From positions 20,412,371 through 20,476,370 of the forward strand of contig CM119269.1 in the NCBI GenBank assembly GCA_051294375.1: a stretch of DNA of 64,000 nt, given 5' to 3'. The position numbers and the translations under genes are program-made. This document shows, one piece after another, positions 12,696 to 25,055 of this stretch (positions are counted from its first letter, which is position 1; every line of letters begins with the position of its first letter). This DNA comes from Paraspadella gotoi (taxonomy: Eukaryota; Animalia; Chaetognatha). Below the pieces are notes generated by a model. The model was not told where the DNA came from, did not search any database, and worked only from the letters and a program-made list of their open reading frames with translations.

Positions 12696-14568
12696 TTACA
12701 ATGGTGACCTATAAATTTCGCTGGATCAGTTTGATTTTCGAATTATTCTTGCGCAGCCCATGTGGCTGCAACTGAAGGAGATTGTTTTTCATCGTAGGTT
12801 AACATAAAATTGTCGCCACAGGCGGCCACCATTTTTCTTTCACCGGTGTGGATATTTCCGCTTGTGGGTGCTGGGTTTTTATTTCGTCAAGTCCGCGGCC
12901 CCGCGTCTCATTTCCACACAGAAAACAATGGGAAAAGGAATGACTGATTAAATAGCGAATACCGTATAAATTTCTGCTCGAGTTTTAAAAACAAACCAAC
13001 CGATATTTGAATATTTTTTATGAATAAAAACCATTTATTAAACATTTACGAACTTAGTATAAATCTAAAGTGGGTGCTTAACCAATAAAATCGATAAATC
13101 TTAAAAAGTCAACTATCGTGGGAATTAGCAAAACAAAGATCCATTCACTTACCAAATTCATCAGACTTGAAAATTGTTCTTTCATGTTTTTTTTGTCGAA
13201 TGGCAAAACTGTGTAACCGTCTTCGTCGACAGATTCTGAAAAGTGTTTATCCATATCATTTGTAATCAGTCTGTCTGCATTGCTTTTCCACATAGTACTT
13301 ACAGTTATTTAAAGTACAATTCAACGTATAATTACATTTTATTAATCACAGTGAATTAAACTAAACCTATTTCTCTGAATCTTCCATCGGTAATCGCAAA
13401 TTTCATTAGCCAATTTGAGTTTCACGTCGGTCGCCGATTTTTTTCATTTTTCGTAGTCGACGTCATAGGTCTACGTCGTCGTTATCGTCGCTTTTCTTCC
13501 GCGACGTATTGTTATCCAGTAGAAAGTAAATGACTCGTGATCGTGTATCGATTGCCTCAAACGCGTCGATCTCGTCGACACAACAAAGTTGAACGTGCTT
13601 GCGGTTTCCTGGTTCCATGACCTTAAACGCGTTTCTTGGCTGACTAATTTCACCTGGCTTTTTTCGAATTCCGGCCTTTTTTTCAATTTTTGTTTCTCTG
13701 AGACGATGAAGACCGCGATGTTGACGACGACGATGACGACGAGACGACGAAAAATACTGTTTCCAGCGTAGCTTGCAAACCATTTGAGAGATAGATGGAC
13801 CTTGATGCGGTTGGGGCGTCCATCGAAACTATTTTTGCGATAAGAAAATTAATGGCCCCTTACGCAGTGATACCGATCTGAACGTTATAATAATTCACTT
13901 ACCGAAAAAGTTTTTATTGAGTTAAGATCGCGATAAACGATTTCTCCCGTTTTTTTGTCGTCATCTAAGTATTCAAAAGCGCAACGTCAGCGCGTCTTCC
14001 GAAAAGTTTTCATTGATATAGATATAGGTGTAAACCCTCTAATTTTTGTACTCAATTTTTTTTATTCTCAGAAGGCAAATCTTCGGAAAATTCTCTCTTC
14101 TTCCACTTTGAATAATGTAAACTCTATCAAAAGCGAGGGAACCAGATTCGTGTTTCGTGGCGGCAGTTGATTGGCACGACTTCGTCAGTGAGCTTCGATG
14201 TTCACGATTTCGGTTCTCGGGAAAACCTGACCAGCAAATCAGTCGATCGCAAGTTAGGATTATATTCCACGTATTCTGTTGTGTCAAAATGAAGGTTTTT
14301 TCCAGAGAAAACATTTCGACCGAAAATGAGATTTTCGCCAAAACGACTTGTATAATATTCGCACATCTTCGTCTTCTCATATCTTGAACCCGGGAATTTT
14401 TTTCGATTGAAAGTTCTGCTATGTGGCAATAGAGCAGTTTCGCAGGACGACGAATAGAGGCAAAGACGATGGCATCTCGATCTTTACGCTGTTGTGCATT
14501 TCTATAGTTCACTAAAAACCGCTTCATCGGTAAACCGAGGTAAAGACCGAGAAGAACAACAACGCCAT
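12696..14568 (-). CDS. Gene C: type I membrane receptor-like paralog with Tyr-containing cytoplasmic tail
   Basis: ATG at 14568 (MALLFF...); exons ~13903-14568, 13367-13828, 13153-13235, ~12696-12906; gtaagt donors at 13902 and 13152. Motifs LFVVPC, STDLLV, VPINCRHETRIWFPR, VYTYIYINENFSEDALT-CAFEY, TM VVIVVVNIAVFIV then KLKKR. Heavily frameshifted. Confidence 0.5.
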
Positions 14569-14973
14569 CTTTTTGGGTTTTTTCTTTTTTTCTTTTTTTT
14601 TTTGTTAAAAATTTATCTTTTTAAAGAGAAAGATAAGGCTATAAAATGAAGTGAATAAATTTAGAAAGAAATGCGGGAGGATAATATATTGCTAACAGAG
14701 ATTTAATAGTAACAGTTGACTGATTTTTTGTGACTAATACTCTTCAGTTTACTTCTGCCGGTGAAGTTTTTGTCCTTATTCGCAAACAATGAAACTTTTT
14801 TAATAAACATTATTTATTTAACAATTGGTTATGAACAGATAGGAAAAACAACAAAGGCGGAGAAGAGGAAGAGAGAGGACGAGAGGAAGAAGGAACCCGA
14901 GGAGAGGACTGGAGGAGACGAACGGAGCGAGAGAGAGGGGAGAGAGAGAGAGAAGATTTTACAATCTTTTTAA

Positions 14974-17645
14974 CTAGAGAATCCATAGACAAAGATTGGC
15001 AATTACGTTAACACGACATTGACTCCCAAAAAGGACACCCCGCGCTCCGTTCCCCATTCCAACGTTTCCCCCTCTGGCGGCGCCATTATTCTTTAACTCA
15101 ATCCCGTCCCGTCAACGTGGATGCACCGTAAGTCTCTGTGCGGGATGCAATCATCTGGCGAAGAGCCGGATAGATGAAATGACAGCGCCATCTGTGAGAC
15201 AAGGAGACCAATCTGACCGGCAGAGGCTGGAGTTGTGAGAGCAATGGGAATTAATGCCGCGCTCGCGTCGTGTGAAGCCATTGCGCTCGTTGAAGGTCTT
15301 GACGGTCGAAGGAAGGGAACTCCGAGCAGCGGCCGTCGTCTGATCGGAGTGAACTTAACTTTGCAACCTTGTTTGTCAGAGGGCGTCTTCAACAACGGAC
15401 TTTGCATCGTCGACACTGTCAAAAAAATTGGTCTCTCTGGTATCTCTGATGAAGGCCGAATTTTTAAAACAAGAAAAGCATAAATAAGCAAAAAAGTCTT
15501 GAAAGTAAACAATTTTGTAACTCCAAACTTATATGTGGAATTCGTTTGTAGTGAGACATCACTGTTAAAGTATAATACCCGCTTAGTTAAAGAATCCTAA
15601 AACATCATATGTTTCATCTGGAAAAAATAAGGGTAGAAAACATTTGTTTATTTAAAGAAAAAAACTTTCTGGGATAAATATTATTCCAAGGCCAAGAAAT
15701 AAATTATTCTTTATTATTGATTTTATTATTATCATTTATCACTATGGATTGATGTTTTCATTATTTACTGTTAATTATTTTGTACATATTTAAATACTTG
15801 ATTATCTCTATTAAGTTTCATCTCCAGAATCGTGCTTACACTGTCCATTATAACCACCCCATCTTTCACCACCACCTTCTTTCCACCTCCGTCGCGTTAC
15901 CACCTCAAAGATCATCTCTAACCACCACCATCCCAATCATCCTCCTCCCCCAACTTGGCGCGACTGAAACTCTGTCGATGCTTCGTAGGACGGCGGAAGT
16001 CCGCGAGGATAGCGCGCCGCTTGGAAGTGTCTCGTCGACGACGACGACGAAGCGCCGGTCGTTGTTGTTGTTGTCGTGTTCCGTGCGAGAAGAGACGCTC
16101 ACAACGCCTTGGGAAGAATTGCGGAGGATATGAAGATTTAATTTATCAATTTTTGTGTTATCTATTAAGGATCGTTTATGGAATAATGAGAGGACATCTT
16201 TTTCATTTTAATGCCTGTCGATGTTAAACGTTTTACCGATTTCACAGATTCAGCTACAATCATCAATAACATACAAAAACACAATTCGACTAAGTCTTAA
16301 AAAAAATGAATAACAATAAACAATTCTGAATTTTTAAAAAAAAATTAAATGTCACTTTTCAACTGAACCTCCCTCATGCAAGCATTAGCACCTCTTACCG
16401 TCCCCCTTCACCCGTCACTGCCGCTCCGCCCAGCCCCCTCGAGCCAGCGTCTCGTTGCGTCGTCCTGCAGGCGCGCCATCAGCGTCGGCGTCAGCGTCGG
16501 ATTCTCGTGTTCGCATTCTATCTCGACGCACGATATGACGCGCTGGGAACGACGACCGGTTGGGGCGCGGAGGCGACACCGTGAGGAGAAAGTCGAGAGG
16601 CTTGCGGAGGAGACGGAGAACTTGTGGCTTTTAGGGGGGAGTGGTTGGGTATGGGATGTCGAAATGTATTGAGTAGAGGGGAGATTGTAATAAATGAACA
16701 GTAAAATAGTCTTATCCTAATGATAAAAAACCAAAAAAAATTATCCATTCCTCCTTTTTTTTTTCGGCCTTGTAGATATTATGAGTTTCTCATTAATGAT
16801 TTCCTCATTAATGATTTCCTAACAGGAAGTTTTGTGCAATATCTATTAGAAACTGGAACAGAAAGTAATCTAACTCGTGTTGTGTAGATGCACCCGTATA
16901 TCAGAAGACATCATTAACGTCCCCATCACAAACATTATAAATAATATTATACTTAAATATTTATAACAAAAATAATTTTTAACAATTAAATAAAATCATA
17001 AATAATATTTATTTTAAATCTAAAAAAAAAATAAAGATAGTTCAAGTAATTTTGCAATTATTCATATACTTCATAAAAATGGATGAAAAAACTATATACA
17101 GTTTTTTCCAATGACGTAAAAAATTTATTAGCTCTTGGAGAAAAAGAAAAAAAATTACTGAGTTGGTCGAAGCAAAAATAAGGAACGTTTCGGATGGTTA
17201 TTAAATACAGTATTATTACAATATAATAAATACTATAGAGTTATTATTCAAAATTCATATTTCGCATATTTCGAAAGTCACTAGATTCGTTCCCCATATC
17301 ACACCTGACCCCTCCTTTGCCACTTCCCTCCACATCATCTTCCCTTCCACGAACGTCTCCGCCTCCAGCCTCAACCACACTCGATCTTCCGCCGGGGGCT
17401 CCCGCCCGAAGTCCACGCTCGCCCGAACGGCAGCCCGCCGCGGTCAGCAGACTAAGGCCGAATACAGCTCCGTAAGTGTGCCTCGTGGGGCCACGACGAT
17501 TTCGCTCTCTCATCGCAGTCGTGTGAGCGTCACGGAGCTGGAGCGTATCGAGCAGCCAGGTGGGCACCTTTACCCTGGGTCCGCAGGTGAATGCGGAGGC
17601 GCGAAAGGTCGGGTCGGAGAGGAAGAGGAAGAGCGAGACACGGCG
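14974..17645 (-). CDS. Gene A' (duplicate of gene A, includes the 3' end with NGA + hydrophobic tail, GPI-signal-like)
   Basis: Same exons as gene A; last exon continues GMGNGARGVL... to stops at ~14971-14976; many indels. Confidence 0.5.
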
Positions 17646-18461
17646 CTAATGAACAGAAGTCGATCGTTTGGATTAAATATTAACAAGGAATCTTTAATTT
17701 CACGGTTTGAAATATTAAAAAAAATACAGAATTGGCAAAGCTAAATGAAAATTAGGGTTAAAATGACCAAAAAATATGAGGGTGGTTTTACAGGGCGCCA
17801 CACCGCAGCGGTGTCACCTCGTGGCGACAGCGAGACAGTCAGAGCTTTGGATCTGGCAGTAGGCCCATGCCTACAGGTGGGTTACCCGGTCCATCCCAGT
17901 TTCTACATGACAACCTCAGGGCTCGAACCAGGGACGGTGGGATGGTGCATTTGGCCACTGAGCCACTGAGGCGATGCGAAAGAAACAGCTTTAATCCATC
18001 TGTGGTGATAGGACCACCAGAATATAGTTAAAGTAGGACAAACAATAGCTGATGAAGACTCGCAAAAATAAGAGTCGAAACATGTCCGCTCTAACTCTAA
18101 AAAAATCATTGTCGATAAAAAATAAACTTTGTTTTCTCAAAATTCAAAACGCAAACGAAATGAAAGTCAAAACTGTGATACTCGATATCGTTTTTGAAGT
18201 GCAAAAATGTTTCTGATTTTATGTTTTGTATAAAATGGTTTTGAAATGCAATTTTAATCCGTGGTGGTAAAATTAAAGATTATACGACAATATCACTGTA
18301 TACTTTTCATAAGTAATTAAATTTAGGCAAAAAATAATTTAAATAATACAAACCTTTCATGGTTGTTTGGGATGTCGGGAAAAACAGAAGTGTGAATCGA
18401 GAGGCAAAAATGAGATTGAAAAGGAAATCAAGTGCTTTTATTTCCCCCCCCCCTCTGTCTC

Positions 18462-18502
<41 letters not shown>

Positions 18503-19014
18503 CCTCTCTCTGAGATAGCCATATATTAAAATGAGGGATTTAATCATTACATTAAATCGTCCGTTTTTAATCTCTGTACCATCTCTTCTTTACTCTTTAG
18601 CCCCGCCTTTTGTTTACTTTTAACTATGAACTTTAGACATAAATAGAAAATAGATGGCTGGCAGCGATTACCGGCGATTTCCGACAAAAAAAAACGAGCA
18701 AAAAACAAACAGACATAAAAAGAGTTGAAAGAAGTTAGGGGAAAAAGAATTTAAGTAAGAAGTTAAAGACTAAAAAGAAAACCAAAAAAAAATAAAAAAA
18801 AAAAAAATAAAAAACAAAAAAGAAAAAAAAAAAAAAAAAAAAAATGAAAAAAAAAAAAAAAAAAAAAAAAAAAAGAAAAAATAAAAAAAAAAAATTCTAA
18901 AAAAAATGGGCAGAATTCCAGTGGCCAATTAAATTATCATCTTTCCAAAGCAATCTTCTCTAAGCTTATGGACCGCCCGAATTGAAAAGCTGGTGGGCTG
19001 TCGTTTTGGCCAAG
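15052..19014 (+). repeat. Segmental duplication copy 2, with an extra ~130-nt A-rich run at ~18775-18907
   Basis: Alignment by eye to 1-3885. Confidence 0.95.
18046..18089 (+). ncRNA. Type I hammerhead ribozyme
   Basis: CTGATGA-a-GACTC-loop-GAGTC-GAAAC-at-GTC; stem I weak. Confidence 0.7.
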
Positions 19015-19309
19015 TATTCATTTTAAATTAATTTAACATTCACTTATAAGAGATGAAGAAGTTCTCTGTTATATCATGACAAAAGAATATGGTTTTCATA
19101 TTTGTTTATAGATTTAGTGAATGAAATATGAATTCATTAAGGCAATTACTTTTCTCGAAGGAAACATGATAATTTTTACGATGTCGAAAGCAGCACAAGC
19201 GGCCTTACTTGCATACAATTTTAGAAGAGATTAAATTTCGCGTCTAAATTGTATTTCGATTTCATTTTCATTTATAGATGTTTTTCATCATATTTAATAT
19301 TATACCACA

Positions 19310-19525
19310 TCATTGATAAGGAAGCCAAGGTACTCTCGGAGCGAAAAACTAAACTGTGAGACGAGTCTTTGATTGAAAGCTTGCAGGACCTTGCTTATAT
19401 TGTAAGAGTGCATGAAGGCCCTTACCACCAAAGCCTTGTCAGTGTCCAGTGTCCAAATCAGGGGCAAGATAGGCTTATATATTTAAATGAATGGACAATT
19501 TTTTATATAGGTTGTACCAATTTTA
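19310..19525 (+). mobile_element. Unclassified interspersed repeat (family 4); inverted copies at ~26248-26452 and ~50338-50428
   Basis: Shared ctgtgaga.gagtcttgattgaaagcttgcagg...caccaaagcc motif. Confidence 0.7.
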
Positions 19526-20080
19526 TAATATCATTATCATTTTTATGTCAAGTGATTTATTTATCTATGACAATCTCAGTTTTTTTATAATTTTAAATTT
19601 GGTTTAGGAGCGCTCACAAATAATACAAAACTTTTAATATTCAATAAAAATATGTTTCTTTGCAGGAAGAAAAGATCGGCTATTTAAAATGTATGAGCGG
19701 TCGTAACGGCTTTTCCTCATTTCGAATTTATTTTCCATAAAACCAAAAACTAAACAAAGAAAACCAAACGAGAAAAGAGAAAGAATAGAGAAGAAAAGAG
19801 GAGGAAAGAAAGAAGGAGAAAATTCTTTGGATCTTTTTTTCTTTTTCTCCGATTGAATTCGCGGGAAACAAGAGTCAAAGTTCCGTCGGTTTCAGATCGA
19901 AATGGAATAATAATGATTTTTCCCCCTTTTTTTTTTGTCCGTTCTTTATTTAACTTCTTATTTATTTGAAATTAAAATTAAAATTTCAAATATCTAAAAA
20001 CACAACGAAAGAAAGTTTAATCACAATGTTTAATCACAACTTCTTATTTATATTTTGGTGCATCTTTCTCTCTCTTTCTT

Positions 20081-20425
20081 TTTAGTTGCGGGTACTCGCG
20101 GAGTAACTCTATAAGTCACTTTTCGGTCAGTCGGTCGGTCGGTCAGTCGATGGGTCGGTCCGTCGGTATGTCTGTCCATCGGTCTGTCCCATATACATTA
20201 AAAATGTTCATAACTTGCATATAGTTGGTTGCTCAATGCTCCTTTGTTAAATTTAAGTGACTACTAGCGCCGCATTTAGGAAATCCTAAAACTATAAAAA
20301 ACAAAAGAAAAAATTCCGATTCAGTGTCGTAAATACATGGGCTAAGAAAGTTATGGTAGTCATATTATGTCAGTAATCTGACAAAAAATACACGTGATAA
20401 GGCAGTCACTGCGGCGCAACACATA
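20081..20425 (+). mobile_element. DINE-1/HINE-like non-autonomous Helentron
   Basis: T-run start, subTIR GTTGCG..., GTCG/GTCC/GTCT microsatellite, conserved core, 3' subTIR GCGGCGCAAC. Confidence 0.75.
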
Positions 20426-21089
20426 ATAAATATAATAAATATATTATATCAGTTTCATACATATTGATGATTCATAGGTCTTAATATACAGTAGGAAAGA
20501 TTATATAAAATTACTATCGACGGAACTGCTGCTGGCGGGTTTTTGCGACTCATTTTTGGGAATTAACAATTATCAATTTATTGAGAGAAAATGTATTTGC
20601 ATCTCCTTTCACCAGATGTTTAGCGAGGAAGGCCTAGTTGTTGTGCTACAATAAAAAGAAATATTGCTTTCTGTACTATTGCAATATTTTTCTTATTTTT
20701 CTATTTTTAGTTAGACTTACCCTTACATTATCTATATTTAAAAAATAAAATTTTTCTTTTTATATATTTCCAAACAGTAATTTTTTAAATAAAAATTTCG
20801 TCGAATACTGCTAATCCCTAACGTAGGTTTTCATGAATCATTTACGCTGAGTATACGATGAATGAAAGGTAGAGATGAAGATTTAGAAACTTGTATTTGA
20901 CATAAAAATGTCCATAAAAATCCTGTAAAACTTAATTTCAGGACGGCCGATTCTACTTTTNNNNNNNNNNNNNNNNNNNNNNNNNAGGTAAAAAAGAATT
21001 TTTTTAAAAAAGTTCGATTTTAAATGCTTTTATTGTTGCTAATTAAAATTACAATATTATATATAATGATTAAAATTTTTTAATCAATC

Positions 21090-21495
21090 TTAACTTTTTT
21101 GATGGATTTCTGAAATAGAAGCAATAAAAAGTTTAAATAAAAATTTTAACTACACTTTCCAAATATTAATGTTTCTTGGTCAAAATTAAGAAAAAGTAAT
21201 AAAAATTATCGAAAAAATGATAATGATATGATTAATAAATAGTTTTTCATATTTTTCACATACTTATGATTAAAATATCGAAAAAAGAATTATAATTTGT
21301 GTGACAGAACTTTTTGCAAGCTACTGAAATCTGATCTAAAAATTCCAAAAATCAAAAAAAAAATTTTTAGCATTTCCTATTTATAAATTAAATATTTTAA
21401 AAATTAATATTATTGAGTATGGAGTAATATAAAAAAAATTTGTCTATTCAAATTTGTTTAAAAATGTCTAAATTTTCCGTTGAGCAGGTGCTTAA
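21090..21495. repeat. Old AT-rich interspersed repeat; inverted homolog at ~29330-29750
   Basis: Reverse complement of 21290-21370 aligns to ~29455-29540 (agatcagatt...aaaaagtt...cacaa). Confidence 0.6.
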
Positions 21496-22249
21496 TTCAA
21501 TTTGCTTAACCACCTTACTGATTAAGTCTCCCCCTAGTAGAGATGAAGATTTAGAAACTGTATTATGACATAAAAATGTCATAAAAATATCCTGTAAAAC
21601 TTAATTTCAGGACGGGCGATTCTACTTTTTTGTAATCTAAAACTGAACGTCAAGATTGATTATGAATCTCGCAATTAACGACTCGGAGATGACAAAAGAA
21701 TGATAAAAGACCGACGAAATAACTAGGAAATGATTTGGCCGAACCGTGAGGACAAAAAACGGTCAAAAAATAAGAGCGGGAAAAAGACAGAAAATACTGA
21801 GGTTAGGCATAATATTGTGTCACTCACCTGTTGTATGTTCGTAAATAGCTGGCATTGGGGCTAATGCTTATGCTAATGTTATAGGCCTGTTGGAATTCGA
21901 GAAAACAAGGCAACTGTCTGAAAAACTCTCCAGCTCAACTAGACAGACACCGGCAAAAAGTGGCACGGTGACCCTCTCCCTCCGGTTAAATTTAACAGAA
22001 ATGAAAATATTAGTCAGCATAATCGAAATGACTTTTATTAAGCATTGTAAGATCTCACAATTCCAAAAGAAACACTCGTGAATATACCTTAGGGTTTTCC
22101 TGTTCACGTCCTCATTGTTTCAATGTCCAATCCCGCCAAATTTTTCCCCCCCACGCCCCTAAACCCCTCATTCAAAGTTCGTCTTGCCTAGTCGGAAATG
22201 AGGCACGTAATGTTTTCCCGTTCCACTCGAAGAGCGGCGCCCTGAAACC

Positions 22250-24653
22250 CGTCGCCTATTCCTGCTGCTCAATTGTCATCGTAATCCTCGAGTTTTCCCA
22301 GCGTCGCCGCCGGCGACGCCCATAACCGCCAGCCGCCGCGCGCCCGCAGAAGAAGAAGATAGATGAAATGCGCCGAGAAGGCCAGGGCGAAGAGACGTTG
22401 TTGGAGGGAGCCGCGGAGAATGGCGGCAAGAGAGAGGGCCCGACCGAAGAGAAACTGACCTGGGAACGCGATGGGGGGAGGAGGGGTATAGCAAAAGGCA
22501 AATGATGAATGAAAACAAGAAAGCGAGCGAGAAAGAAATTGGAATTAAGAAGAAAAACGTAAAACAAAAGTTCAACTGAAGCGAATTTCGCGGAGGAATT
22601 GATTGGGAGATGCCTTGAACAGAACTCGATCATCCTTCAGTCTCGATCTATAAATTCTCAAGTCGAACTCACTCGTCAAGAAGATGCTCGTCAACTTGAG
22701 CGGATTCGCCGACTCGAGACCCTCGGGTCAACAAACTCGACGCCAAATACGTTTGAAGGATCAAGAAGCCGACGAGTTGGCGCCGACGAGCCAGAGTTTG
22801 ACGAAGGCGCCGCCAGAGGGAGAGAAAGATGAAGAGGTAAGGGTGGAGAAGAGGCACGACGCCGCCTCCGAGGCCCACCTCAGAGGGAAGAGGAGGGGAG
22901 GGGGAAGTAAATGACAAACGACAATAATATGTGGGTGAATTAAGGGAAACCGGCTGATTGACTAACTAGTTATTAAAATTATCTGGGCTTGAGAGATTGA
23001 GTACTACATTAATCATGATTATTTATAGGAAGGAAGCCTTTCGCCCGACCGGGTAGAGGAGAATTCTCAGTCGAACTCACTCGTCAAGAAGATGCTCGTC
23101 AACTTGAGCGGATTCGCCGACTCGAGACCCTCGGTCAAAAACTCGACGCCAAATCGTTTGAGGATCAAGAAGCCGACGAGGTTGGCGCCGACGAGCCAGA
23201 GTTTGACGAAGGCGCCGCCAGAGGGAGAGAAGATGAAGAGAGTAAGGGTGGAGAAGAGGACGACGCCGCCTCCGAGGCCCACCTCGAGGGAAGAGGAGGG
23301 GAGGGGGAAGTAAATGACAACGACAATAATATGTGGGTGAATTAAGGGAAACCGGCTGATTGACTACTAGTTATTAAAATTATCTGGGCTTGAGAGATTG
23401 AGTACTACATTAATCATGATTATTTTATAGGAAGGAAAGCTTTCGCCGACCGGGGTGAGGGAGGGGGTTAGGGTTAAGGGTGCTTTTTGGGTAGTTTAGG
23501 GTTAAAAGGGTTTAGGGTTAGGGTAATTAGGTATTATTTTTTAAATTTTTTTTTAAAAATAGGTATTTTTAAGTTGTTTTTCAAAAAGCCACCAAAACGA
23601 GGCCGGGTCGGCCGAAAGCTAAAAAGATTGTAGTGCAACCGTCGCCTTACCGCTCCGCCTTAATCCGCTAAAAGCGACAAAAAACACACCAACGCGCCTC
23701 TAAACAATCCACCCCACCCCAACCTTAATGCCAACCACACACGCTCTATAACAAGTCCACCCCACGCCACCTTAATGCCAAACCAGTGGACCACTCCGCC
23801 TCTAACAATCGCACCACCACCTAATGCCAACCACCACTCCGCCCTAACAATCCACCCACCCACACTTAATAGCAACACACCACCGCGCGCCTAAAACAAT
23901 CCACCCACCTTAATGCCACAACCACACCCACCTCCTAAACACGCCACCCATCCTTAATGCCAAAACCACACTACCCGCCATCTAACATCCACCTACCATC
24001 TTAATGGCCGAATCACACCACCCGCTCTAACAACCACCCACCCACCTTAAATGCCAACCACCACCCGCTCTAACAACTCCTCACCCACCCCTTAATGCCA
24101 ACTTCACCACCGCCTCACACCACCCTTATGCCAGTCAACTAATTCCGCCTAACATACCACCCCCACCTTAAATGCCACCACCTACTCCCACTCTACACAA
24201 TCCACCACCCTTATGCCTAGAACACACACGCCAGCCTCTAACATCCACCCACCACTCTTAATCGCCAAACGTCACACACTCAGCCTCTAAACAATTCCAT
24301 CCCACTCTTAATGCCAACAAACCACCCAGCCTCTAACAATCCACCCACGTCACCATGTACTTTAATTGCCAACACCACCACGCCTCTAACATCCATCCCA
24401 CACTTAATAGCCAACCACACCCCAGCCCACCGCCTCTAACAATCCACCACCCACCCACCTTAATGCCAACCACCGCCAGCGCCGAGAGTGACCGATAAAA
24501 TTCAATCGTCGTTCTGATCGGAATCATCAGGCATTCGAAGGGCGAAGAGATGAAGAAGAGGAACCAGGCGAACCACAGGCGGAGTAGAGAGATGTAAAGA
24601 GAGATCAGGCGGCGAGTGGTCGCCAGGGCGAAGCGGATCAGCGACCCGATCAT
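22250..24653 (-). CDS. Putative hydrophobic membrane protein with internal ~15-aa repeats
   Basis: ATG at 24653, GC3-rich frame MIGSLIRFALATTRRLISLYISLLRLWFAWFLFF... runs into (GGVVGIKVGGWIVRG)n; further hydrophobic segments at 22250-22910; strand and exon structure uncertain. Confidence 0.35.
22653..23460 (+). repeat. Tandem duplication of ~410 bp (exon-containing)
   Basis: 22653-23061 is repeated at 23062-23460, differing by indels. Confidence 0.9.
23690..24478. repeat. ~45-bp minisatellite, about 17 noisy copies
   Basis: By-eye consensus CCTCTAACAATCCACCCACCCACCTTAATGCCAACCACACCACCG. Confidence 0.9.
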
Positions 24654-25016
24654 TTTCCGCGTCGTCGTCGTTATTTTTTTAAAGATTTTTTTAAGGTTAT
24701 TTTTCCCCATACATTTTCTAAAATGTTTTCTACGAATAAAGAAATTTTGTTTGTTTAAATGTTCATATTGTAGATGTTGCTTTGCCCTCTAAAATATAAT
24801 TATTTTTATTTTTGAAAAATTATTAATTACTTATTTAATCCTAATTCTTTCCTTGGGCTTTTAGGTAAAAGTTGAAGGTGATCGTGACTACTGGCTCTTT
24901 AAGTTTTAGTTTACCAATTTTGTCAAAACTTGAACAGTTTTCAGACAAAAATCGAGTCAAAACATCGAGTTTAAGAATTTAATCACCAGTGAGAAACGGT
25001 TAGATAACAGAGATAT

Positions 25017-25055
<39 letters not shown>

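Noticed and set aside
14202-14429. EYVEYNP resembling a Polinton/Maverick capsid motif; idea of an endogenous virus
   Set aside because: Context has a signal peptide, introns, a TM and paralogy to genes A/B; no polB, integrase or ATPase seen
18775-18907. Long A-rich run as a retroposon tail
   Set aside because: No element body or TSD and absent from the duplicate copy; likely low-quality read sequence
20869-21628. ~90-bp direct repeat (20869-20960 and ~21537-21628) as LTRs
   Set aside because: First copy ends exactly at an N gap; typical scaffolding overlap
23585-23630. AT-hook-like RPGRPK on + strand
   Set aside because: Frame closes quickly, and the minus strand has the better-supported reading
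23690-24478. CRISPR-like array
   Set aside because: No unique spacers, no cas genes, eukaryotic context; it is a tandem minisatellite
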